From assembly GCF_020745735.1 (NCBI RefSeq), contig NC_083401.1:159020018-159084017 (forward strand): 64,000 nt of DNA, read 5' to 3'. Source of the DNA: Hemiscyllium ocellatum (lineage: Eukaryota). The notes beneath the pieces are model-generated. The model was not told where the DNA came from and searched no databases. It saw nothing but the letters and a program-made list of their open reading frames with translations. Made by a program: the position numbers and the translations under genes. Positions 1 to 13,789 of this stretch are shown here, in pieces (positions within the stretch are counted from its first letter, which is position 1; each line of letters opens with the position of its first letter).

Positions 1-604
1 TGTTATTAATTACTACCACATTTACTACAGCAGTTTTGTTTTCAGATATTTTGAAATACTCCTACATTCACGAGTGAATCTAACAAAGCTGTTGATCATA
101 ACAAAGAACAGAGTTGGAGCTAGCGTTGTTGACATCTTTTGCTAAGCAACAAAGCTGGTTGAGCACCAGCCTCTCTCAATCTGGATGACTCATATCCTAC
201 AAGTACAGGTACTGGCAAACAATAATCTTCATAAATATTGTAGTTGTTTGGTAGTACAGAACATGAGTATTTACTTTAGCAAATTAAAATATCCCAAAAG
301 AGCATTGTCTCATGTTGATGAGACATATGAAAAAGATAAGTTATTATTTAAATAAAAATTCATTGGTTTAGTTTTAAAAATAGACTTTGCTAGTCTAAAG
401 CGGCTGCTTACAGACCACATTCACAGATTGGTACAGTTCTGGAAACTCTTCATACCTGAACTAATAAGAAAGGATGAGTCCTATCAATCTCTATGCGAAC
501 AATGGATCTCAACCAGAGGAATAGAAACTAAATGATAAGTTGAAACTGATTCCTTAATTGGACAATCACATGATTAAATATGTTGAACCCTTAAATGAGT
601 ATAA

Positions 605-955
605 AATCATGAAGGATATGGATAGGGTGAATAGCCAAGGTCTTTTCCCCCCAAGGGTGGGATGAGTCCAAAACTACAGGGCATAGGGTTTAAGGTGAGA
701 GGGGAAAGATTCAAAAGGACCTGAGGGTAAATTTTACATGCAGAGGGTGGTGCTTGTATAGAGCAAGCTGCCAAAGTAAGTGGTGGAGGTGGGTACAATT
801 ACAACATTTAAGAGGCATCTGGATGGGTATATGAATGGGAAGTGTTTCGAGGGATATGGGCCAAATGCTAGCAAATGGGACTAAGTCAGATAGGGATGTG
901 TGGTTGGTGCGGACAAGTTGGATCAAACTGTCTGTTTCTGTGCTGCATGACTCAG
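605..955 (+). mobile_element. CR1 LINE 3' fragment
   Basis: Matches the 3' end of the long CR1 copy (gcagagggtggt...ggtacaatt...gatatgggcc), compare 6170-6410. Confidence 0.8.
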
Positions 956-1929
956 AGTCTTCTTCTGACATCAGAATAGAGGACAACAAGCATACTCTAG
1001 GTCAACAGTTAAACCTACCTCAAGTCCAAGACTCCCCAAAATCTAATTCCAAAAAGAATCCTGTAATTCGGTCTATAAGAATTATCCTGCTACGTCATCC
1101 AACTTTAAAGGGATTCTGCAAAACCCTCTCTTTAGCCTTCTGGACACCCCTGAACTCTAACCCAAATGAGGGAACATCGCTAAACTCTGATGTTTACATC
1201 AATTAGTATCTACACTTTTGGTTTTCATATTCACAGCTATAAAATTTCTCAGGACTTAACCTCTATTGGAAGAAATCAACTGTATGCAAAATAAGTGTAC
1301 AGCTTAAGCAAAAAAACCCAAAACATTAACTTTATGTATCTAAAAAAAAGTGAAACTCAAGAAGCAGCCTACCACAAGACAGTTCACAACTGGAAGCTGC
1401 TAGTGAAAAGATATCCAAGGAGAATGAGACTTAAGTCCAATTTGGACTAAACCAACAGTGAAAATTCCAGTTAATAACCTGCAGAAATTCAAGCAGGAGT
1501 CTGTGATTGATTCTCACAGCAAGCCACAGAAAAAAAACTCACACTTTCTTTAAGACATAACTTAAGCATTATAAAACCAAGCAAGATTTTGAAAAGTTTA
1601 ACTATACAAAAGAGACTTAAGAAATAAAATTCCAGCATCATTCAGCAGTATTAAGCAATACAGAAGATTCAGAGATCAGAAATGGTGCAACAAAACATGA
1701 CTATACTATTAGCAGATTGTGTAAACTTATTAAAAATGTGTCATGAGATGTGGATAACACTGGCTAGGCCAGCATTTGTTGCCTATTCCTAACTGCCTAG
1801 TGAGCTACCTTCTCAAACAGCTGTATTCCTTGGAATGTAGGAGTACCCATAATGCTATTTAGGGTGGGATTTTGACCCAGTAGCAGTAAAGGAGCAGCGT
1901 AACCATAAGTTAGAATGGTGTATGTCTCA

Positions 1930-2590
1930 GACCATAAGATATACGAACAGAAATAGGCCATTCATAAGATTGCGCTACCCTTCAATGAGATCAGTGTTGG
2001 TCCTTAACTCCATTTTTAAGCCTTTTCCCATAACCCTCAATTTCATTACTGGAATTAAAAAAATCTGTCTATCTCAGTCTTAATATGAACAATGACCAGG
2101 TTCTACACTCCTTTGTGGTAAAGAATCCCACAAATTCATTACTCTCTCAGAGAATACATTCCTCATCTCAGTCTTCAAGGATGACCTCTTACTCCAGAAT
2201 TATGATCTCTGGTGCTAAACTCAACCATTAAAGTGAAACAACATCTTTGCATCCAAATGGTAAAGAACCTTAAAAATCTTAAATAAAACAAAGAACTGTG
2301 GATGTTGGTGATCTGACAGAAATTGCTGCAGAAATTCAACAAGTCTGGAAGCATTTGTGAGAAGAACTGTTTCAAGTCCGGTGACTCTGAGTTTACTTGA
2401 GTTCTGATGAAGAGTCACTGGAATCAAAATGTTAACTCTGCTTTCTTCCCATAGAAAGCTGCCAGACATACTGAGTGTCTCCTGCAGTTTCTGTTTTGGT
2501 TCCTTAAATATCTTGCAAGTTTCAATAAGGTTGCCTCTCATTCTTCTAAACCTCAATGAGTACATGCTCAAACTTTCAAAAATCTCCTCT
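1930..2590 (-). mobile_element. Old CR1-like LINE 3' fragment interrupted by a fold-back element
   Basis: Reverse-strand remnant encoding YSLRFRRMRGNLIETCKI, the CR1 ORF2 C-terminus. Confidence 0.6.
2286..2502. mobile_element. Degenerate fold-back PLE-derived element (second family) with decayed hammerhead motif
   Basis: Imperfect inverted arms around CTGATGA-A-GAGTC-actg-GAATC-aaaatgtt. cttaaata occurs on both flanks. Confidence 0.55.
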
Positions 2591-2752
2591 CTTAGTTGGC
2601 TGGATGGCTGGCTTGCAATGCAGTGTGATCTCAACAGCATGGATCAGTTCGCACAATTGTGGAGGTTAATGTGAAGGAAGAATTTGCCTTCTCAACGTTT
2701 CTCCTCCCTCACCTGAGGCACAGTGACCCTCAGGTTAACCCATTACCAATTG

Positions 2753-2903
2753 NNNNNNNNNNNNNNNNNNNNNNNNNNNNNNNNNNNNNNNNNNNNNNNN
2801 NNNNNNNNNNNNNNNNNNNNNNNNNNNNNNNNNNNNNNNNNNNNNNNNNNNNNNNNNNNNNNNNNNNNNNNNNNNNNNNNNNNNNNNNNNNNNNNNNNNN
2901 NNN
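2753..2903. other. Assembly gap (151 N)
   Basis: Run of N. Confidence 1.
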
Positions 2904-5900
2904 GTTGGACATCGGAGTGCATCTGGGAAAATTAACAAACAGTGAAATTCACAACTGATCTTGGAGAAACTGTTGGGCAAAGTTCACAGCACAGAATCAG
3001 ATAACTTAATCATTGTTTTAAGTATGGCCTACAGAGAATCTGCAGTAGTGAGTCGAGTGGTTTCTTTTGTTTTTATATGTTTTTGGAGAGATGTCTCTTG
3101 ATTAAACTTAAAATATAAGCCGTAACTATTAATTTTAACCCGGGCAGTAATTGTAGAGGAATAAGACGGTGTTAATTTCTGGGTTTGTGGATTGTGAAGG
3201 AGCAAAAATGGACTTTAATGGAGTGATATGTACTCCTTGTCAGATGTGGGAGTTTAAAGAGAGTTTAAGGGTTACTGCGGATTATATCTGCCATAAATGC
3301 TGTTGGATGCAAATCTTATCAGATCGAATAGATTGGTTGGAGAGACAGTTAGAAGCAATGAGGAATTTGTAACAGCAACAGTATGTGATGGATGGTAGTT
3401 ATAGGAAGGGGGGGGGGGGGGGGGGGGGGAAGTCTCAGATACAGTCACATAGATGGGTTAACTCGAGGAAAGGTAAGAGAGGTAGGCAGCTAGTGCAGGA
3501 GTCTTTTGTGGATATAGCCATTTCAAACAGGTATGCTGTTTTAGAAAATGTAGGGGGTGATGGATTCTCAGGGGAATGCGCATGAACAGCCAAGTTTCTG
3601 GTATTGAGACTGGCTCTAATGCAACGAGGACTACGTCAGGTTCCAAGAGATCAATTGTGTTAGGGGATTCTCTAGTCCGAGGTACAGACAGACGTTTCTG
3701 TGGCCAGCAATGAAAAAGCAGAATGGTGTGTTGCTTCCCTGGTGCCAGGATCAGGGATGTCAGAGGGTGCAGAATGTTCTCACGGGGGAGAGGGGCCAGC
3801 AAGAAGCCATTGTTCACATTGGAACCAGCAACATAGGAAGGGAAAAGGGTGAGATTCTGAAGGGAGATTACAGGGAGTTAGGCAGGAATTTTAAAAGGAG
3901 GTCCTCGAGCGTAGTAATATCTGGATTACTCCCAGTGCTACGAGCTAGTGAGGGCAGGAATAGGAGGATAGAGCAGATAAATTCATAGCTGAGGAGCTGG
4001 TGTATGGGAGAAGGATTTACATTTTTGGGTCATTGGAATCTCTTGGGGTAGAAGTGACATGTACAAGAAGGACGGATTGTACCTAAATTGAAAGGGGACT
4101 AATATACTGGCAGGGGGATTTGCTAGAGCTGTTCGGGAGGATTTAAACTAGTAAAGGGGGTGTGCAGTGGGACCCAGGAGATAGTGAGGAAAGAGATCAA
4201 TCTGAGATTGGTACAGTTGAGAACAGAAGTGAGTCAAATAGTCAGGGCAGGCAGGGACAAGGTAGGACTAATAAATTAAACTGCATTTATTGCAATGCAA
4301 GGGGCCTAACAGGGAAGGCAGATGGACTCAGGGATGGGCAGGACTGGCAGCTTAATGTTCCAGGATACAAATGCTACAGGAAGGATAGAAAGGGAGGCAA
4401 GAGAGGAGGGGGAGGGTGGCATTTTTGATAAGGTATAGCATTACAGCTGTGCTGAGGGAGGATATTCCCAGAAATACATCCAGGGAATTTATTTGGGTGG
4501 AACTGAGAAATAAGAAAGGGATGATAACATTATTGGGATTGTATTATAGACCCCTAATAGTCAGAGGGAAATTGAGAAACAAACTTGTAAGGAGATCTTA
4601 GCTATCTGTAAGAATAATAGGATGGTTATGGTCAGGGATTTCACCTTTCCAAACTTGGACTGGGACTTTCATAGTGCTATGGGTTTAGATGGAGAGGAAT
4701 TTGTCAAGTGTGTACAAGACAATTTTCTGAGTCAATATGTGGATGTACCTACTAGAGAAGGTGCAAAACGTGACCTACTCTTTGGAAATAAGGCAGGGCA
4801 GGTGACTGAAGTGTCAGTGGGGGAGCACTTTGGGTCAGCGACCATAATTCTATTAGATTATCTAAAATAATGATGGAAAAGGATAGACAAGATCTAAAAG
4901 TTGAAGTTCTAATTGGAGAAAGGCCAATTTTGATGGTATCAGGCAAGAACCTTCGAAAGCTGATTGGGGCAGATGTTCACAAGGACGGCTGGAAAATGGG
5001 AAGCCTTCAGAAACGAAATAACAAGAATCCAGAGAAAGTATATTCCTGTTAGGGTGAAAGAAAAGGCTGGTAGGCATAGGGAATGCTGGATGACTAAAGA
5101 AATTGAGGGCTTGGTTCAGAAAAAGGAAGCATATGTAAGGTATAGACAGGATAGATCGAGTGAATCCTTAGAAGAGTATAAAGGAAGTAGGTGTGTACTT
5201 AAGAGGGAAATCAGGAGGGTAAAAAGGGGACATGAGATAGCTTTGGCAAATAGAATTAAGGAGAATCCAAAGGGTTTTTACAAATACATAAAGAACAAAA
5301 GGGTAATCAGGGAGAGAATAGGGCCCCTCAAAGATTAGCAAGGCTGCCTTTATGCAGAAATGCAGAAAATGGGGGAGATACTAAACGAGTATTTTGTATT
5401 AGTATTTACTGTGGAAAAAGACATAGAAGATATAGACTGTAGGGAAATAGATGGTGACGCCTTGCAAAATGTCCACATTACAGAGGAGGAAGTGCTGGAT
5501 GTCTTGAAACGGATAAAGGTGGATAAATCCCCAGGGCCTAATCAGGTGTAGCCTGGAACTCTGTGAGAAGCTGGAGGAGTGATTGCTGGGCCTCTTACGG
5601 AGGTATTTGTATCATCGATAATCACAGGTGAGGTGTCGGAAAACTGGAGGGTGGCTAACGTGGTGCGACTATTTAAGAAGGGTGGTAAGAACAAGCCAGA
5701 GAACGATAGACCAGTGAGCGTGACGTTGGTGGTAGACAAGTTGTTGGCAGGAATCCTGAGGGACAGGATGTACTTATATTTGGAAAGGCAAGGACTGATT
5801 AGGGATAGTCAACATGGCTTTGCGCATGGGAAATCATGTCTCACAAACTTGATTTGAGTTTTTTGAGGAAATAACAAAGAGGATTGATGATGGCAGAGCA

Positions 5901-6410
5901 GCAGATGTGATCTATATGGATTTCAGCAAGGCATTCAACAAGGTTCCCCATGGGAGACTGATTAGTAAGGTTCGGTCTCACGGAATACAGGGTGAACTAG
6001 CCATTTGGATACAGAACTGATTCAAAGGTAGAAGACAGAGGGTGGTGGTAGAGGGTTGTTCTTCAGACTGGAGGCCTGTGACCAGTGGAGTGCCACAAAG
6101 ATCGATGCTGGGTCCTTTACTTTTTGTCATTTACATAAATGATTTGGATGAGAGCATAAAAGGGACCCAAGGGGCAACTTTTTCACGCAGAGGGTGGTAC
6201 GTGTATGGAATGAGCTGCCAGAGGAAGTGGTGGAGGCTGGTACAATTGCAACATTTAAGAGGCATTTGGATGGGTATATGAATAGGAAGGGTTTGGATGG
6301 ATATGGGCCAGGTGCTGGCAGGTGGGACTAGATTGAGTTGGGAAATCTGGTCGGCATGGATGGATTGGACCGAAGGGTCTGTTTCCATGCTGTACATCTT
6401 TATGATTCTA
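2904..6410 (+). mobile_element. Near-full-length decayed CR1 LINE (5'UTR, ORF1 Zn-finger/esterase, ORF2 endonuclease + RT) with internal deletion
   Basis: ORF1 CxxC...CxxC and HIGTSNI motifs. ORF2 fragments NARGL, YYRP, KSPGP, SQHGF and [21 protein letters not shown]. The sequence jumps at about 6160 to the 3' end, which has a tatgattcta tail. Many stops and frameshifts. Confidence 0.92.
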
Positions 6411-6919
6411 TTTTACTGATCTTTGATGCTAACTTTCATTTTCATTTATGACAACCTGAAATCCCTCTGTACTGCAGCTTTTTTTCAGTCTTTCTCCATT
6501 TAAGTAATATGTGGCTCCTCTATTCATCCTGCCGAAGTACATAACCTCTCATTTTCCCACAGTGTATTCCATCTGCCAAGATTTTGCCCACTTACTTCAC
6601 CTGTCTATATACTCCTTTTGTAGGCTCAGTCAGCCTCACCACTTGTCATCCCACTTATTTTTCTGTCATCTGTAAATATGGCAATATGGAACTGAATCTT
6701 TTGTTGTAATGTGTACTCAATATAAAACAGTGAAAAGGCATACTCAGCCTTCATAGATGTGAGTAGTACATTCACCTTTCTCATCCAAGTCATTAATAAA
6801 TATTGTAAATGAGTAAATTGTTAGAACTGTGGGTTTTGACGGTCTTCATCCTATGGGTCTGAAAATAAATGGCAAGTAAGATAATTCATTCAAATTTTAA
6901 CTGTCCAAAATTCCCTTGA

Positions 6920-7490
6920 TCAGGGCATGAATGAGTTAGTTTGGAAGATAGCAAATGTAATTCCTTAATTCAAAAACAGACAGAAAGCAAGAAACTACAG
7001 ACTAGTCAGTTTAATGGGTCATAAAGAAAATGTTCAAAGCTATTAATAAAAATGGTATAGCAGGGCACTTATAAAAGTTCAAGGTAATCAGATGAAGTCA
7101 ACGCGATTTTGTGGAAAGTAGATCATGAGACCAATCTATTGGAGTCCTTTGAGGAGGTAACACATATCGTGGATAAAGAGGAAATTGGGAGATACAATAC
7201 ACTTGTGCTTCCAAAACACATTTGAGGATGTGCAAAGATTAATGTGTAGGGAGTTGCGTGGATAAAAGATTGGCTTGCTAACAGGAAGATGATAATAGAT
7301 GTTTGAGTGTTTTTCCATTTCACAAGATGTAACATGTAGTGTGTCACAGGGACCTCAACTGTTAATCATGGCTTAGATAAGTGATGGAAGGTACACTGAA
7401 CAGATTTGCTGATGTCAGTAAAATAGGTAAGAAAGCTACTTGAAAAGAGGATATAGACGGGTTGCAAAAAGATATTGATAAGCTAAATGA
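6920..7490 (+). mobile_element. Old CR1-like RT fragment
   Basis: Degenerate WKIANV, TNLLESFEEVT and FAD-like remnants. Confidence 0.55.
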
Positions 7491-7491
7491 A

Positions 7492-7706
7492 TAGGAGAAA
7501 GTGAGGTCTGCAGATGCTGGAGATCAGAGCTGAAAATGTGTTGCTGGAAAAGCGCAGGTCAGGCAGCATCCAAGGAACAGGAGATTCGACGTTTCGGGCA
7601 TAAGCCCTTCTTCAGGATTCCTGAAGAAGGGCTTATGCCTGAAACGTCGAATCTCCTGTTCCTTGGATGCTGCCTGACCTGCTGCGCTTTTCCAGCAACA
7701 CATTTC
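7492..7706. mobile_element. Fold-back PLE-derived mini-element with two hammerhead motifs
   Basis: About 90-bp near-perfect inverted arms centred on 7618 (ttcagga-t-tcctgaa). Flanking 12-bp direct repeat AAGCTAAATGAA at 7480-7491 and 7707-7718. Confidence 0.9.
7616..7653 (+). ncRNA. Minimal type I hammerhead ribozyme motif
   Basis: GATTC-CTGAAGA-A-GGGC(TTAT)GCCT-GAAA-CGTC-GAATC: 5-bp stem I, conserved core, stem II, palindromic ACGT stem III and a GUC triplet. Confidence 0.75.
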
Positions 7707-8422
7707 AAGCTAAATGAACATATGTGAAATAATGTGCTTTGGTACGAAGCTCACCACCACCTTCTCAAGGTCATTGAAGGACAGGCAATAAATGCTGGCC
7801 CAGACGGTAACACCCATGTCCCATAGGACAATTAAAACAAACCACGCCAAGATGTAATAAAATGAACCAAGCCATCCAAAAGTGGCATTATAAAACAAAA
7901 TGTGGCACCAAACCACACTAAGAGAGAGTAGGGCTGACAAACAAAAGCATGTTCAAAGGCAAGTTTTAAGGAGTGACTTTAAAGGAAAAAGGTAGAAAGG
8001 CTTTCAGAGCTTCAGGCATTGGTGGCTGAAGATATGACCACCACCAGAGGATTAATATGGTATTTAATATCAGGGATGATTAAATGCCCAGAATTAGGAA
8101 TGCAGATTTTGGAGAGTTGTGGAACTGGAAGAGGTTACAGAGACGTACCGTCGTACAGGGATTTGTAAACAATAAGTTTTTTTTTATAAGTTGAAGTGTT
8201 ACTTTACAAGGAGCCAATGTGTCTTGGCAAGCAGAGCTGTCTTGGAGAATGGAATGTGGCATGACTTAACACACAGACAGCAGAACTTTGGTCACTCAAG
8301 GTTACAAAGGATTGAATGGGACATGCCAGAAATGCAATATAAATGATCAAGTATAGAGAAACAAAGACATGGATGAGGGCTACAACAGCAGGTGCACGGA
8401 GGCAGGGAGAGCCAGGTAAGGA

Positions 8423-8536
8423 GAAAGTGAGGACTATAGATGCTGGAGACCAGAGTCTAGAGACATATGCCGGAAATGTCGATTCTCCTGCTCTTCGGAT
8501 GCTGCCTGACCTGTTGTGCTTTCCCAGCAACACACT
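8423..8536. mobile_element. Centrally deleted fold-back PLE-derived element
   Basis: Same terminal sequence as the 7492 copy followed by an inverted arm. Direct repeat GCCAGGTAAGGA at 8411-8422 and 8537-8548. Confidence 0.8.
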
Positions 8537-9859
8537 GCCAGGTAAGGATATAAGCAGTTTAGTTAACAGGAAGAGGAAAGGAGAAGTGGCAATTCACAGA
8601 ACCACAAGCATAACAGTGTAGAAGCAGCACATTTGGCTCATGTCTGATATCACAGAGCTCAACAAATTGATGACAGGACACAGGAAATCAGGTTAATTAT
8701 AGTTTATTTCATGAATATGCAGCACGAGCCAGTCTTATTACCATGAAATGTAAAGACTAAACTCTGGGCTGTTATAATCACCTTCCAACTTTATACAAAC
8801 CATTACAACATATGTATTACAATTCCCACGTTTCTACTGTTTTCCCACAGTTTACACCAGCATTGTCTGTATTCAAACCAAGGCTGACACTATCCTGTTA
8901 CTGCTGGTCTTGCCTTTGTCTAATTTATTATCCATTCTTTGTACACCAGTGGTTTCCACTTGTTTGCTGTTACTCACAATATGACAAAAGCTTTAACCCT
9001 AAATGAGCTTAAGCTCCTCAGTATCTACACCAGCTTTCCAAATGAGCATTGAGACTTAGTTTTATTGTCCTGTCTTTTCCCCATACTCTTGAACACTGTT
9101 TTGATTCAAATAATCATTAAGTGCTCCAATTGAACACACCCCTCAGCAGTGCATTACAGACCAAAATCACCAATTGTGAGAAAAAGACTTTTTCTTGCAT
9201 CACATTTGCTAATTTTGCAAAACACATTATGCCCACATGTTCTCGAACATTTTACAAGCAGAGACAGTTTCTCTCTATCTACTGTATCCAAACCCTCATT
9301 ATTTTGAAAATCTGTCAGAACTTCTCACCTTTTTAAAAAAACATGACCAATTCTCAATCTAACTGATATTCCTCAGCCCTGGAATCATTTTTGGAAGCCT
9401 CTTCTGCACCCTCCCATACATTCACCTTCTTCTCATAGAGTTGCATTTAGAACTGTACACAATTTCAGTGGAGGACCATCAAGCTGTTTTTTAAAATACA
9501 AGTTCAACACAACTTCCTTGCTCTTATATAGTATTAATGGGGCGAACAGTACAAGTCCAGGATAATGTATACTTTAATTTCTTTTTCTATCTGTCCCACC
9601 GCCTATGAATAATCTACGCACAACTATACTCAGGTCCTTTTGCTCCTGCATCCCCTTAACAAAAAATCCATTAATTTATCTTGTTTGCCCATGCTCTTCC
9701 AACTAAAATGAATCACCTCACTTCCTACATTGACCTTCATCTGTTACCCATCTGCTCACTCCACCAATTGTCTATGCTATGTCCTTTTGAATCTTACACT
9801 GTCCTCGATTTATACAGATTTGAACTTTTGTATGATCTACAACAATTTAATTATCCCCA

Positions 9860-11770
9860 AATAACTTCCCTGGATGTATTTCCAGGAATATCCTTCCTAA
9901 GTACAGCTGTATTGCTATCCCTTATCAAAAACGCCACTTCCCCTTCCTCTCTCGCCTCCCTTTCTGTCTTTCCTGTATCCTGGAACATTAAGCTGCCAGT
10001 CCTGTCCATCCCTGCGCCAAGTTTTTGAAATTGCTATGAGATTCCAGTCCCATGTGCCTAACCATGCCCTGAGTTCATCAGCCTTCCCTGTTAGGCCACT
10101 TGCATTGAAATAAATGCAGTTTAATTTATCAGTCCTACCTTGTTCTCTGCTTTGTCCTTACCTGTACTGAGTGTTTGGCTTGCTTCTTATCTCAACTGTA
10201 CCCATCTCAGATTAATCTCTTTCCTCACTATTTCCCTGGGCTCTGCACTCCCCCCACCACCACCACCTCACCCTCCAAAACACCACCACCACACTAGTTT
10301 AAATCCTCCCGAGCAGCTCTAGCAAATCCCCCTGCCAGTTTATTAGTCCTCTTCCAATTCAAGTGCAACCCATCCTTCTTGTACAGGTTACTTCTACCCC
10401 AAAAGAGATTCCAATGATCCAAAAATGTGAATCCTTCTCCCATACACCAGCTTCTCAGCCATGCATTCATCTGCTCGATCCTTCTATTCCTACCCTCATT
10501 AGTTCGTAACATCTGGATTAATCCTAGCGTTACTATTTTGAGGGCCTCCTTTTTAAATTCCTGCCAAACTATCTATCTTATCCCTTCGCAATCTTATCCT
10601 TTTCCCTTCCTACATTGTTGGTTCCAATGTGTACAATGATCTCCTGCTGGGCCCTCTCCCCCTTGAGAACATTCTGCACTGTTTCTGAGATATCCTTGAT
10701 CCTGGCACCAGGGAGGCAACATACCATTATGATTTTTCGCTGCTAGCCACAGAAACGTATGTCTGTGCCTTGGACTAGAGAGTCCCTTAACACAATTGAT
10801 CTCTTGGAACTCTCGATGGACCCCTCATTGCATTAAAGCCAGTCCCAATACCAGAAACTTGGCTATTCATGCTACACTCCCAGAGACTCCATCACCCGCT
10901 ACATTTTCCAAAACTTGTTTGAAATGGGGATAGCCACAGAAGATACCTGCACTACCTGACTATCTCTCTTACCTTTTCTGGAGTGACTGTACCTGTGACT
11001 TTTCTCCCTTCTTACAACTGCCACACATCACACCCCCTTGCTCTTGTAAATTCCTCACTGCCTCTAACTGTCTCTCCAACCAATCCACTCACAACCAACA
11101 GCATTTATTGCAGACATAAACCTCAGTAGCACGTAAAGTCTCCCTAAACTCCCACATCCAACAAGAAGAGCACATCACTCTACTAAAGGCCATTTTTGCT
11201 TCTTTCAATCTCAGACCCAGAATATAGCACTGTCTTATTCCTCTACAAAACACTGTTCCAGGCTAACTTAATACATATGGCTTATATTTTTAAGTTTAAT
11301 CAAGAAACATATCTCAATAAAACACAATCCAGAACCCATCTACTCACTGCTGCAGACTTACATTAAGGCCATACTTGAAACTATTCACTTATCTGTTTCT
11401 GTGCTGTGAGCTCTCCCAAACAGGTTCCTCCAAGATTAGTTTGGAATTTTATTGTTTGTTTATTTTCCCAGACACACTCAGATGTCCAACCATACATGAA
11501 TGCAAACAGCAAAGGTGGTAACTGCGCATGTTCACTGCAGTGTCAGTTAGCTGTGCATTTCTTTCTCTCTCTCTCCTGCACTGACCGACCATGTGCTGTC
11601 TTTGTCTGTTTGTCTTTTAAAAGTGCTGTTGTTTTAACATATTTTCTACAAAGTTCCAAAACAATGCAAAAGCATATAAAACAGAAATTCGACAAAATCA
11701 CCTCCAACACTAAAATACCTCAAAGAAAAAGGAGTAGCCTGTTACAGTTCGAAATTTTTCCTGTCCTCCA
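9860..11770 (-). mobile_element. CR1 LINE 5' portion (5'UTR + ORF1 + start of ORF2)
   Basis: Reverse complement of about 2920-4450. Includes ORF 10294-10512, EGRNRRIEQMNAWLRSWC...DGLHLN (SGNH esterase-like). Confidence 0.9.
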
Positions 11771-13789
11771 TCTTTATCATATTGCACCTGCCCAACAGCA
11801 GTTTCTTACCGGTCAATTAAGTTAAGAATTTCTGTGATGTCAGTTGTTTTGATCAGCAAGACTGACTGCAGGACACTCTTTCTGGATGGCTTCATTACAA
11901 TGCACACTGGATGACAATCTTCCCAGAGCGCTTCACTGCAACAATCTGCAAGACATTCTTCCTTTTGTTTTGTTTCTTTACTTTAGAAAATGACAAGGAT
12001 GGTGTAACTCTTTAATTTTCTCTTTTCCTGAAATAGGTTTTTAAAAATTAGAATTTTTTTTTATCAAGCATCATGGCCAGAGGGCATAAAGAAAATCACA
12101 TTCTCTATATTTGCAGGTTTAACTTTTCTTTTTAAAAAATAAGCCAATCTTGCTGAACTCAAAATGACTGTGTCTGATCACATGGTTTTTGATCAAAAAG
12201 CTTTTGTTATAGATTTATTTTCAAATAATTGGAAATAAAAACCAGCATTGAGGAAACATCCTTCAGCCTACCTTCAGTAAAGATCAGAAATAAAAAAGGG
12301 AAAGGAGTAAATCAATGTATTGCTGTCTCAGGCTTAGGATAGGAAAAAGGAATCAATTTAAAACACGCCCATTTCAACTTTGTCTGTGACAATCCCCAAT
12401 CATCGTCAACTCTGCACTTAAAGCCACAAGGAGAATTTAAAATTTCCAGTATTTAAAGTAACATAAGACAGTTATAAGTTGGAAAGAATTTTTTTTCAAT
12501 GACTGACACACTTCATAAAAAGTAGAAAATTTGGTTTCCTTAGCTCTCAATTAGCTAGGTATTCCTTTGTTGACAAACTACTTTGGCAGGCACCTTCACT
12601 CTCCTTTGTAGCCATCCCTCCTTCACCTCCCTCTCCTTCTGCAAATCACTTGCTACTCTCCTGCTTTCTCCCTTTGCAGTCACTGGGTTCATCCCCTCTC
12701 GTTTTGCAGACATTTCTAAACACTGTCACCTTGCCCAGTAGACCTGCCCTAACTCCCTCATCAACTTTGTTCACAATTGAAACTTGCCTTTCACTACTCT
12801 TTCAATATCAGCGGTTTCCTTCTTTCACTTGCTGCCAGTAGGTTCATCCTTGAGCCACCAGTCTGTGATTGAAGGAGTAACTTTTCAAAATTTATTGGTT
12901 CTATTTCTTGGTAACTTTCCAGATTGCTCACCAATGATTTTTTTGGCTACTTTGGGGGGGTGACTTTGCCCATAAATTGAGCGCTTGATCCTGAAAATTA
13001 CTAGCATGTGACTCATGCTGGAAAAAGCTTGAGATTTCTAAGCTTACATAAGAATAGCCACTTAAGCAAAGCTCCCATGACTACAACATTCTCAGAACTT
13101 TCTTGAATTTATCAATTTTTAACATAATATTCAGGGTCGCTTCAGCATTAATGTGTGATAAAGTAAAAAAAAAGTCAATCCTGAAAGGAGTTTTAAAAAA
13201 AAGTAGGAAAGGGTAACAGATAGCATTAAATGCCTCTGACTTTTTCCCTAATTATATTTTCCTTAAAGACCATTAATGTTAGTAACAGCAAACTGAGAAG
13301 TTATAGTTAAGGTCTGATCTATCACCGATAAGATGGGAATCACATGTAGCTTGTTGATCAAATCATCCAGAAACAAGACTGTAAATGATGACAAGCTAAA
13401 AAGACCAATCCAAGGCTAATTGTTATAATCAATACTTAAAAAGTGAAATACATCTTTACCCTATGTTAAAGAAACACAACTTGATCATGTGATAGGAACT
13501 GGATGATTGTAACATTTGCCAAATGTATAAGGCCTGCAGTGTCTACAGACTGCAACTAGAGTCATGAATAATCTAGTGTACACTCGCAGTAGTCCCTGCT
13601 GGAAATACCCATTAGAAAATCATGAGTCAAGCAATTAGGATTATCTGAAATCATTTCTGACTATTTTTGCTGTCAGTCTCTCCTTTTTTGCAGACATTTC
13701 TACTCCATCTCAGTCTAATCACTCACTTGTCACTGGTAGGTTCAGCAGTGAGCCAATAAGCAGCAAGTCGGAAAGTGCAATAGTCTATA

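Noticed and set aside
2659-2980. ORFs spanning poly-X
   Set aside because: Artefacts of the 151-N assembly gap.
11830-13780. Apparently non-repetitive stretch that might hold an exon or conserved element
   Set aside because: No ORF, splice pattern or motif that I can support from sequence alone.
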